From: Raillietiella orientalis
Taxonomy: Eukaryota
Length of the DNA stretch: 64,000 nucleotides
Reading direction: 5' to 3'
Assembly: GCA_036172245.1 (NCBI GenBank)
Contig: JAYWIR010000030.1
Location: 682,001 to 746,000, forward strand
A program made the translations under genes and the position numbers. The notes beneath the pieces were generated by a model. The model had not been told where the DNA came from. It saw only the letters and a program-made list of their open reading frames with translations, and did not search any database. Numbering within the stretch: the stretch's first letter is position 1; every line of letters begins with the position of its first letter. Shown here piece by piece: positions 27,901 through 44,759 of the stretch.

Positions 27901-28400
27901 GAGTTATTTTTACGTGAGCTTTCTCTCCGACGTTTCGTTGGGAGATCCTCAGTGAATGTGCCGAACCCGTCCTTCCAGAATCAGTGACGCAATGGCGTAG
28001 TCGAAAATTTTTCCTCTTCCTGAGATACTATCCGCACGGCGCGGATGCTCTTCACGCGACCAACAACGAAATGCCAGGTATCTCTGCCGAGGTGAGCAGT
28101 GGAGGTCTTAGGGAATGGCGGCGCGCGCGACGTAGACCGAGGGATGGTTATTTTTAGAAAACAGCCGGAACCAGAATCAACTCCCGTGTACAATAATGAA
28201 AACGGGAACACAACTGCGTGTGTACACGTCGGCCAATTCGGTTGCCTCGCGAGCGTTTCGGAGAAGCGCGCCGGACAGACACACAGAAACCGAGAGCCAA
28301 TCGGAACCCCACCGGATGTGCCCCACATCGTACCAAGTGGTACGGTGTACACGAAACTTCAGCCAGCCTCTCTCGTTGCCAACCAGCCCCCTCCCGCCTT
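24950..28400 (-). mobile_element. Long decayed LINE ORF2 (CR1/L2/Jockey-type), GC-rich
   Basis: Ordered minus-strand remnants: linker KPWLRG (about 27200), RT FSAFAI, RFLPKGKQSV, GEPPREA (cf. GVPQGS) and SSDDMV (cf. YADD) at about 25650. Interrupted by stops and homopolymer runs; limits approximate. Confidence 0.4.
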
Positions 28401-30481
28401 CCTTCTCGGCGTTCCGAACCCCAAGTGGGGAGGTTGTTGCATGCTACCGGCCGAGACTTGCGCTCCCTGTCGAGGGCCCGCGCGGTAATGGATAGGGAGG
28501 GCCACGTTGGGAAAAACCTGGGTTTCGCAGCCCCGAAGTCCCGGACGAGCCTGGCTCCTGGACTCTGCTCAAAGCCTGCGGACGATTGCCAAGGCGAAAA
28601 GACGGGAGGCTGCGTTCCCGGAAGCGCGCGCGCCTTGCTCCCCAAAAGCCATTGCGCGGTGTGGCAAGCCTGCTCTGCTTCTGCGGCGCAGGATGAAAAC
28701 CGAGGGGTTGGTGTCGGCGAGCACCTCCTCTACTCGACGCCCCCCCCCCCCCAAAAAAAAAAACAAAAACAAAAACAAAAACAAAAAGAAATCAGAGGAG
28801 TTTTTCCCGTTCCGCGGGCGGGAGGAGGCAAATCGAATGTGCCGAAAAAGAAAGTCCTGCTCTCCCCTCCTTGGATGGCCTGGAGTCAACGGGGACCGCG
28901 CGGGCGGATCGCGCAGCACGGAGAGCGAAAAGAGAGCGGCGGCTCTCGGGCCAGCCGATCCACCACCACCACCCTCTTCCGCAGCCGAGCGCGAAGCGCA
29001 GACTCACCATCCAGCATGAAAATCCGACGTGCATCCGCATCTTCTCCCTCAGACCTCACGCTCCGTGGGCGCTGCTGCCGTCTCTGATTATTGCGTAATA
29101 CTGGAGGCGTCCTTTTGTACATATGCTGCCACAAAGAATGCTGTCGTAAATAAGACTGGTCAGCGATGCGTTAACGTAATTTAGGAGGAAAGAGAGGAAG
29201 GTCCTGTTGCAACCCGCGATGCCGTTGAGCGGAGCCTTGGCGCGACAGGACGGGAAGTCGGCGTTTCAGCGTTCCGCCGATGTGTAATGCCTAATTGCTG
29301 TGTGTTTGTTGCGTGCGTCCATGCGTTTTCCTCTCTCCCTCTCTGCGAAGACGCGCCAGGCGTAATTGGACGAGCGTTTCCCAGAAAGAGGTTGCATAAA
29401 CCCGGGGCAGAGTGGCGAACTTGCCGTCCCCGATCCACACCCGTCGGAGGATCTCCTCCACCGCGAGCGACTCGCGCGCTCCGCGGGTCCCACGGAACCG
29501 GTCACGCGCGGGCCGCCCCGCGTCCGCCGCGAGAGCTGCCGCCGCCGCCACCACCCCCACACACACCCCACCCCACTGCCGAACGAGTCGACGAGAGGTT
29601 CGGGCGGCGGGTCCACCGTTCTTCCGTGCTAGGAGGACTGCTCGAGGGTCCCTCGCGGTCGCACCACGACTCCGGACGACGGCGCGCTGACCCTCGAAGA
29701 GGGTGGTGGTCGTCCAGTGGTCGTTCGGAGGGGGTCGCCTGCTGGGGAAATCCGTTGCTGCGAAGCAGAGGAGGAGGAGGAGAGAAAAAGTTTCCTGTCC
29801 TCCCATCTGCTCCGGGCGGTGGCTGCGACCCGACCGCAAAAACTCGACCGCGTCGCGCGTGCGCGCGCCTCTCTTTTCGTGGACGACGGGACTCACGGGC
29901 GGGAGGGAGGAGGAGGAATGCAGCGCATGCTTGCGTCTGTGAGCACGCAACTTCCGTCAGGTCCAACTCTTGCGCGAGGTGGCTGAATCAGCGATCTTGA
30001 TGAATGCATCACCCAATTTGAATGGGGGGGGGAGAGAGGAGGAGCTCGGGAGAGAACACGAAGGGGAGAGGAACAACAAAGAAGCGACGAACGCGCCAGG
30101 CAAGAGCAGAGGCAAAACAAAGCAAAGACATTTTTCCTCGCGACCTTGAGCTCTGGAGCGCTCACGGGAGGCGTTGGCAACCGCGTTCCCAGGCGTGTTC
30201 CGGGAAGAGCGCGACCAGCCAGCCCCCCACACGCACACACACACTCTCGGCGTTGGGGCGAGCGGGGCAAGGTAGCGCGACTGTGATCCTTGGACGAGAT
30301 CCTTGGAGGGAGGCTGTAAGCCAGGTGGTCGGCGGTGGTGCCGCAGGAGGGAGGCAGGGGCAAGGAGAAAATCCCGCGCACGGCGGGGTGCTCGGTGGGG
30401 CGAGGGGATGGGTGAGTGGGAAGGCGGCGTTCCCGTCGCTTGGCGCTTCCTTCCGCGAGCGGCCGGCGGAGCCGCGCGCGT

Positions 30482-30642
30482 CCCGTCACTCCCGCCAGGC
30501 ACCATTAGGACAGCGCCTTCAGGGGACCCAGCTGCCAATGCCCGGCCCGGCTCCCCCAGTCAGCCCCCTCCCCGCCCTTTCGGAGTCCTCCCTCTCGGCC
30601 GTGAGTCCCGAAAAAAGAGAGGGGGAGGGGATCGATAGCTGC
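30482..30642. repeat. Dispersed direct repeat, copy A (about 160 bp)
   Basis: Aligns with 32229-32379 (16 mismatches over the first 72 positions, by eye). Both copies end in GGGATCGATAGCTGC. Confidence 0.85.
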
Positions 30643-32228
30643 TTCTGCTCTCCGCGGGGGCACGTGCAAAGGGGAAGTCTCAAGGGGTCGGCAGGAGGAG
30701 GGCGAGAGAGGGAAGAGGCCGACCTCCTCGGCCGGGTGGAAGGAGCACCAGTAAGGCAAGGAGGGAGGAGGGGCGCTCCTTCACAACTCGGGAGAAGGGT
30801 CCTCGGTCGGATGCGTGGGTGGGTAGAGATGGGGAGGCGGGCGGGGGAGACAGGACTTTAGAGGCACTCTGCAGTGACCTTCGGGGTCGGAAACACAGCA
30901 ATGCCGTCGAGAAGGTGCTGGGAGAGAAAGGGAGGGGGGGGGGAGGCAGAGCAAAGACGCGACCCCGCCGTTCTCTGGAAGAACAGCAGCCGGCTTCAGG
31001 AAGTGGGTAGCCCCTGCCTGTGGTTGCGGTGGCCACAAGCCGCTCGCGTAACCTCGGAGCGGGAAGAATCTCGAACGAACCAGCGGGATCGGAAGGAGGA
31101 AAGGGGCGGGAGGAAGTCTTTGAGTTTGCTCCCGAGGCGGACAGGCTCTCCGAAACCATGGCGACAGGCGGCAGCGAGCTCTGCCGAGCGAGAGAGCCCT
31201 CGAGAAAGGGCAGCGGCGAACGAGAGATCGACCCGCTCCATCCCCCCCTCTCCAAGGCGCTCCTACGGGAGCCGCAGGTCGCTTCGGGGTGCCAACCGGC
31301 ACTTCCGCGGTTTCTTCTTATCGCCCCGGGGGGTGAGCGCTCGTTCGCGACCGCAGGGGGGAGAGGACGCCCTCTCCAGGTCGCAAGCTTACCGCAGAAA
31401 CCGCCGCTCCGAAGAGGCGAGTGGGAGGTGCAGGGGTTGGAGTCGCGCACGCCCCTGTCCTCTGGTGCCTCCTCCCTTCGACCGGGGCGCGGTGCCACGG
31501 TTCCTACTCTTCTCCCCCTCCCCCATCCCTTGCGAGGGCGGCGGCTGCGGCTGTCAGCGGGGAAAACGCCCGAGGGAAGCAAAGTGCGCGCCAAACGGTC
31601 CGTCCTTTACCCCCCCCCCTCCCCCCGATCTCTCCTCTTCTCGGCGTTTTGGAGACAAAAAACAACAACAAAACCAGGGGAGGGGGGGGGGGAACACCCG
31701 CCTGGAGCCAATCAAAGTCATCCGCGTGCACGCATCCTCCGCCGACGCCTTCCGCCGTTTCCGGTAAGCTGCGTTCGCCTCCCCCCTCCCCCCCCCTTCC
31801 CGGGCGCTCACGAAATCGTAGGCGGTTCGCAACCACCCACGGGACCGCGCCCCTGCCGCTTGCAGCAGCGACGTGGCAACTGCGCCTTCGCATCCGCTAC
31901 GGAAGTGGAAACACGCTGCTGGGGAGAGGAGGAGAGGAGAGGAGAGACTGAGGTAGGGTGGGGGGAACGGGAAACCCAGGAATCCATGTGCACGAGAGGG
32001 GATACGGCGCTTGACGTCACGGTCCTACGAAAACACCCGGTGCATTCCCGGGACATTCAAAACCTCCCGTGGGAGCTTCGAGTTGAGGGAGGGGGGAGTC
32101 GCAGAGGGAGGCTCCTACATTTGGGGGAGGGAGGGGGGGGGAGGCCGAGCCCAGGAATGGTGCCCCCTCCTCTTCCTTCAGTCCCGAGTGCCCGCCCAGG
32201 GGAAGCAGTGGTGCCGCCGGCTGCTGCG

Positions 32229-32379
32229 CCCGTCTCTCCCGACAGGCGCCATTGGGACGGCGCGTTCCAGGGACCGAACTGTCGATGCCCATTTCGGCTC
32301 CCCCAAGCGGTCCCCACCCTGCCCCGCCGGGGTCCTCCTTCTCTTCCGTGAAAAGGGAAAGGAAGGGATCGATAGCTGC
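32229..32379. repeat. Dispersed direct repeat, copy B (about 150 bp)
   Basis: Aligns with 30482-30642. Confidence 0.85.
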
Positions 32380-34626
32380 GCCTGGGGGTGCTCCAGAGGG
32401 TGGTCGTTCAGCAGCCTTCCACGATGGATCCCATGATACCAAAGTGACCTCTTTCCAGTACTGAGAGTCGGCAATTAGGAGCCATTGAGAAGCGAGTGGC
32501 ACTCTCGAAACTCGTGGGCAGCACGTACCATGAGGGATTTATCTGAGCAATTTTACTGAAGGAACCGTGATAATTGCTAAGGACAATGAAATAAATTCCC
32601 TCTCGGGAAATTGACGTTTGCTATTACCATGGAGGGAAGGGTAGGTTTGCTAGAGGTTTTACGCTGTTATTTCCAGATTCCATCTTTCGTCAAAAGCGCC
32701 GAAGCGAGATGGAGTCGAGCAGTTGCAACCAAGCTATACACGTCTTTTTCTTGATAAAAAGTTGAAGATTAGAAACAAAAGTAGAAAGCAAAGAGGGACT
32801 GGAAAATAACGTTCCACGGTCAGACAGTTCCACCTTTAGACACAGAGAAATTGTTGAGGGAACGTCAAGTCAACATTCATAAGATTTTCAGGAAACACTG
32901 ATCATCTATCATTGAGAGAGAGAGAGAGAAGGAAGTCTCAGGGAATGAAGATTTCATTACTTTTTGCGTTTAGGTTCTCTACGGTGGCGAGAGGCATCTA
33001 ATTCAGAAAAACACATCATGTGCATTTTCTGAATCAAACTTAAAACTTACACGAAGTCTCTCGTTAGCCATTCTTCGAAGCATACGCTGTCTATGTTAAC
33101 ACTAATGGCATATAAAGAAAGTAATAATTGCTAAAAATTATTAAAAGACTACGGATTTACCTTTCCCGTTGAAAACGCGTGGTTGCATGTTTTTTAATGT
33201 TTTAAAATAACTTGCATCGTGGAGACTTATTAGAACATATTCGGGATGCTTTTCTCAGCCAGCCACTGAATGGAGCATTACATTACCTTGGTATCATCTT
33301 CAAATTTTCTTGTACTGAACCAAAGGTTTGAAAAGTGCTTCCTTCATAATCCCGGAGAGTCATGGATTAATTGAATGAATATTTAAGAGCCTGATTGTTC
33401 AGCAGTTGAGAAAGAAAAGAGCTTGCAACATGAAAGTTTTCCGATAAATAGTCTCGAAGCGGTACAGTTCAGAAGGATTAGTTATTGTTTTCCACATGTA
33501 ATAGACAATTTAAGGAGAACAAAAAATTCGATCTTCGATATGTCAGTTGGTCATCAACTGATGACTAAGCATATGAATGTGTCTACTGGAAAGATTAGAA
33601 ATACAGTAGAAAATCGTGTTTAGAATTCACGCTCATTAATGATCAGCTGAATGTCATTAATAATTGTCTTAGCGTGAATACGAAACATTTGAAAACTGAT
33701 AGAGCGACTTACAACTTTCAGTAAGCCTCAATGGAGATTCTTCATTGGAAAACTTCCTCATATATTTATTTATTCCTATCAAAGTTTCAGGTATTGAATA
33801 CTACTACTGCGAAATCATGAACTGCTGTTCATTCGTACAGAATGTCAGAGGTTGCAGTATATTTATAGCGTAATAAATAAAAAGGTCGAAGTTTCTTGGT
33901 TGTTGTGCGATATTGTTCCAAAATGAAGGGAAGGATTAATAGTTTTTCTAACCAACTTTTAAATAAATTTCTAAAACGAAGACAAGTATTTATAAAGACT
34001 CAAAATTTAGCTTTCCTGAGTTTTTTGCTCATGTTTTTGGAGTGCTCATTAATGGACACATTTAATTAATGAAATAAAAACATTAATTCCAAAATATACT
34101 TCATTACGTATTTCATAGTGTGAACTGAAAATTGCAATTTAAGAATCTTGATATTTAGAACTGAAGCTTTAGAAGCGAACTCCGAAAAAGATGAGGAACC
34201 AGTAATAAAACATTTTTCGAAAAATACATTGGGAACTTTAAAATGTTCCCTTAGTTGAGAGGCACCGCCCTTGATCTATTCAAATGTAAATGAATTATGC
34301 AAAAGGCGGAATAGGAGTGTATGGTTGAAAGTATCACTGAAACTTAAGATTATTATGGAAATCCGTGGTGCACCATGAATGAATGGTGTGCGAGGTGGTA
34401 ACTCTGAAATAAGTGCAAAAACTAATTTACTTTTCGTGCGAATTGGCACAGGTTTTGTGCCGATCTTTATGTTTACTTGCCGAAGGTCCTTTACCTCAAT
34501 TCCATTATCCACCTCGTTGTTGACGGTGTTATATACCCCACAAAATTGTGGGGAGGGGGTGGAAAAATGTACCCGTAGTTGATTCGAAGATCTTTCGTTT
34601 ATTGGTGGTGCGTAAATAAGGATAAC

Positions 34627-35898
34627 ATGCATGCGGATGAGTGTGAAGATTCCAATGACCTGCTTGTATCGGAAGTCAATAATTATGCAGATATTCAACA
34701 CGTGATTGATTCTGAAACAGGTAAAGAGTCAATTTATCCATACCGTATTCGTACGTTCAATGAAATAAAGAATGCTTTTTACACTGCTGTTGTAACTTAA
34801 TTTTTATTCACAAGATAAAATGTTTTAAGTATTCTCATACGTGTGTAGAGTTGAAAATTTCTTTCTTTGTTTTCGTTTGTCTGCAATAACTTCATTTTTA
34901 TTCAAGTGGTGTCATGCTTTAAATGTACTCTTCCAATGGAACTTGCTACCGAAAAGTTGCATTATGAAAAGCAAGTACATTTAGAACAAAAACATGATGA
35001 GGATGGTGACTTCGTTTTACGGAATCGTAATACACAAAGCAACATAGACATTTTAATATATGTAGGTATAACAAGAAGTTTTTTTTAATAATGAATAATC
35101 GACATTTTACAGAGCATAAATTAGCCACAAGTGTAAATCTAGTAGGAGAACAGCTTTGGCAAGGTGCTCTTTTTTTAGCAGACTACATTTTGCATGATGT
35201 TGCACTATTCAAAGATAAAACTGTGCTAGAACTTGGAGCTGGTATTGGATTATGTAGCATAGTTGCCTCCATGGTAGCAAAACATGTGATTGCTACAGGT
35301 TAGTATTTGGTATTGTTTCCACATTTAGAAAAAAAAATACAGTGCAATGGAAATAGATAAGACCTCAGTTCTGGGATGTTGTGAGAAAAATGTAAAGCGA
35401 AATTCCCATTTACTTAGCTGTGAATTGACTGTGTTGGAATTAGACTGGAATCCTGGAAAAACTGTGAATCATCAATTAGCAGCAATTCTTCCTTCGGTTG
35501 AAATTGTTATTGCTGCTGATAGTGAGTGTATTGTTTAGTTTTGTATATACTGTGCAATTCCAAGCCATTTACTCCATTGATACAACAGAAGCTTTTTTCA
35601 ATACCATTAACAGTTTTCTAAAGATGAATTTAAGAATGAAGTTTTTCATTGCTTTAGAAAAGAGGTAACATCTTTAGTTTGCTGGGATAAGTAGTTTGTT
35701 CTTTGCAGATATATATTCACACTAGCAGATGCAGATGTTGTGGCCCCCATATATGAGCACTTTCTTTCTTGCTTAGACAAACTTAAAGCATGGAATGTGC
35801 ACTTAAAAATATGCCAGTTGTCTTCAGCTTTTCCTCAGTGTTTTAATTACAGTAGAAGTGATGATTTGGTTTTATGGATGTTGCTTAATGATGCATAA
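34627..35898 (+). CDS. METTL22: Methyltransferase-like protein 22 (seven-beta-strand lysine methyltransferase)
   Basis: Exons 34627-34720, 34907-35065, 35113-35298, 35357-35521, 35565-35664 and 35709-35898. Motifs DEDGD, EHKLATSVNLVGEQLWQGALFLADYIL, SAM-binding VLELGAGIG, ELDW and ALEKRYIFTL. Confidence 0.9.
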
Positions 35899-35958
35899 CG
35901 TGTTGCCTTGTATCAAAAATAAATAAAGTAGTTTCATCTGGAATTATGGTTATTTATT

Positions 35959-41445
<5,487 letters not shown>

Positions 41446-43299
41446 TTCTCCTGAATACAAGATGACACCAAGAAATAAATGTTACAGGTCAAACTCACTC
41501 AAATGCTAATCGTCACCATTAGCAGTTCACAGTTCATTTAAAAATCCGCAAACATGATCAAATCTGCAGTAACAACCTGAATAACGTATAACCCCATACC
41601 TCTACTGCAATAGGTTACCAGTATATTAAAATAAGAACTGCAATAAAATATAGATACACAAATTATTGGTTTTACACAAAAACCAACTACGATCATCAAT
41701 TCTCCGAGTGAGGCTTGCTTACACCAAGCGTAAACTTTCGGGTAACCCGAAGTACCAGGACTAAAATTCCAAAGAGAACTTATGCAAGTTGCAAATCACT
41801 TATCCAAAAATGCATGCCCAATTAGCAATTTAAAAATTCAAGAAAACTATTTCATAGATTTTCTTCATTAATAAAGACTTTAAATATAGTGTAAGATGGA
41901 AAACAGTTAGAGAGGAACACCATAAGCCAATGGATGTATATAGAATAGAACAGAATTAATATTCATGTTAGAATATAGGAATGTACAGTAGTCAAATGTA
42001 AACCGTACATAACTAGATTTCCCTATGGTTTCATCATTATACATAGCTGTGTATATATTAAGATTCTGAATACCATCATTTCATAATTAAAGAAAACTCA
42101 ATCGTGCTTGGAGGTATCATCTCCAAAAAGCTAACAAAATGAAAAGAAATTTTCCAAAACATCTCATCTCTTCATTTATAAGAACTTCGAACAATTACTT
42201 TATAAAATAAAAGTAAGTTCCTACAGCATAACTGCGAACATTCCACAGAGACAACAAACGAGCTTCAGGTTTATTATTCTTTTAAAGTTCCACAAATCTT
42301 CAAATAATCTTAGTCATTCAGGAGAGCATGAAGAAATGCCATGTAGAAATCCTAAGTTCAACCTAAGCTGCTAAATTAAGATGTATTTCGTCTCCTCTAA
42401 ATGAGCCACATCGAATCAATTTTCGTGATTTAGGCTCACGGCTTACTAAAAATAATGATGATAAGGGTAAGATGTAATTTTAGATTACATCCTACACTAT
42501 ATAGGAGATTAACCGCTATGTAACCCTTGGATAAGCGTAATTCATAAGAAAATCGACTTGATAACAGAATAGTTGATGCAGTACTTTCTAATCGATTACT
42601 TTACAAACACTGAAGCGGTTCTTACATGTAAATAAACAGTTACATTGTTCTTTTAAAGCAAATTTAAATGCTTTGAAAAAGCAAAGAACTTATAATTCAA
42701 TCTTAGAGAGAAGTGATTTTTTTAGCATTCGAAATTCAATTCAGCACATATTTAGTTGAAAAGAGAAAACAGTGTGTGATAGAAGAATTCAGAAACAAAT
42801 GAATATGTAAGTGATATTATTTCTCTGGATTTCGTTTACAACAATTAAGGTGGTATCTTATTCTGATAGTGAAAAGATATCAAGGAATAATAAAAAATAA
42901 TAATTACCTTCCTGAACACTAATGACTTCTAAATAATGATAATCCATAGCGAAGAGCATTATTATGATAGATATAATAATATGTAGTTCTAAACTATGGT
43001 TATGCAATTGCTTTGAAGTCGATGGAAACTTTTATAAGTGATTAGATATGAAATTTGAGAATCCTCAAAATTTTCCCTCTGAGTGAACACATCCCATCTA
43101 ACAAAGTATTTTTACAAATAAATTATAGCTTATTTCCCATAGAATTGAACCATGATTTTCTGCTTTTACTGAAATTTCCTATTCTCAGTTCAGACGCATA
43201 ACAGTTCTAACTAACAGTTGCTCAAAAGATAAAATGGAAGAAATTGTGCAGAATATGTCTTTGAGCACAAAATTCGTGTAAAGGTTAATGACTCCTTTT

Positions 43300-44300
43300 T
43301 GATTTATGATTGCTTAGTTGAGAAGTATATTTACAGTTTCCTAAAATTCATAGAAAGCAGCACCAAATTTTACCTGTTGGTACTAATATGCTCCCTGAAG
43401 GCATTAATAAAATCCTACCAAGTGTGTTATCATGTGCCAACATAGAGAACTGATCCTTAAATATGGATATGTATAATGTACACAGTTGAATTCTCACGCA
43501 TTGCCTTATTGTGCTTTCAGACGAACACTTAGTTCATTTCTTCAAAAATATTTTTCGAAGTTTTATTGATTTCTCTTGTGCTGTTCTTTATCCACCATCA
43601 CACCAAAAACCACAGAAAATGACAGAGAGTTTCATATCTTGAGCACTTACAACCAGTCAAGGCATTCGAATATCAGCCATAAACTCTAATTGAGCTATCT
43701 GAAATCTCGCTGTTTGAACCCTAGAAGATTGCAGAACGTTAAAACAATATGGTCAAGATCATTCCGTCTTGATACTGGTATTTATTTCCTCCTACTCCAA
43801 AGAACACACATAGATTTCTAATCAAACGCTATTAATTGTTGTTGCCTCTTCACGAACCGAACAAAAAATAGATCCTCAAACTTCTATTCGTGCAACTAAT
43901 CTATTAGTGCTTCATTACTTATAGACTATTGGTAATGTATTTGTTTATATGTCTCACAATGACAGCGCCTTATTCTTGGAATTTCGACTCTCTATCTCAC
44001 AAATAGTATTGAAGACTCCAATTTTGTTATAATCTTTAGTGTAAGTTAATCTCCAGTATGTTTTCTCCATATTTGATTCCTATAAAATTAATACATCAGA
44101 TTTCTAAGGAAAACAAGCGTTTATAGAAAGATACTGACTTTGAAAAGAGAGCTCTACAATATTTTCTACTTGTAACTATTTATGCTTTACATCTTTAAAA
44201 AAGATTTGGCTCTAATATGTGAGTGTTATCGTGATTAGTGTCGAAACGGAACGCTTCTTTTGTGTTAAACCATCCGAAAGCGTAGATTAGGCAAATCTAT
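43300..44300 (+). mobile_element. AT-rich decayed LINE RT remnant
   Basis: VKAFE/ISHKL (cf. SKAFD.V.H..L) at about 43660 and DPQTSIRA (cf. VPQGSIL) at about 43870. Confidence 0.35.
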
Positions 44301-44759
44301 GAATACACACTCTAACCTGCTATTATCTGATGATTTCCATTAATAAAAAATTAATGCTACGGCATTAGGATTATAAAGCTTTGATCATATGTTATCTATT
44401 AGCAAAATTCCAAAAGGTTGTACATAGTACTTTCAAGTTAAGATCTTTAAAGAATTTTTTTTCCAAATGATCATTTATTTTTAAGAGTATAGTCATTTGA
44501 TAAAGCAATTATCTTTGGGGCCTAGTTAAAGCAGAATTTTGCAACAATTTTGGCAAATTTAAAGACTAAATCATCCCATTTAGTCTTTGATGTTCTAAAG
44601 AGTTACGGCAAGCGATGGCAAAAGTATCTCAATATCAACATTACATTATAATTATTCGAAATTATGCTTTTCGCCACCAACTAGCGCCGTGCTTGGTATG
44701 AGTTGGTGATGAGACGAGTATGATAGAAGACACTACCCGAGCTCGGCATTGTTCTTTAT

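Noticed and set aside
30684..30740. HDV-like ribozyme (GGGTCGGC...GCCGACCT; also TCCTCGT at 46703)
   Set aside because: I could not build the nested P1/P2/P3/P1.1 topology or the J4/2 catalytic C in either place.
31258..31280. CTCCTACGGGAG resembling a conserved 16S rRNA segment
   Set aside because: Only about 12 nt, with no flanking rRNA similarity. Explained as a UACG hairpin or chance.
31020..32351. 443-aa ORF and other long overlapping ORFs in 28-32.5 kb
   Set aside because: R/G/P/A-rich low-complexity translations open in several frames and both strands, as expected from high GC. No recognisable domain.
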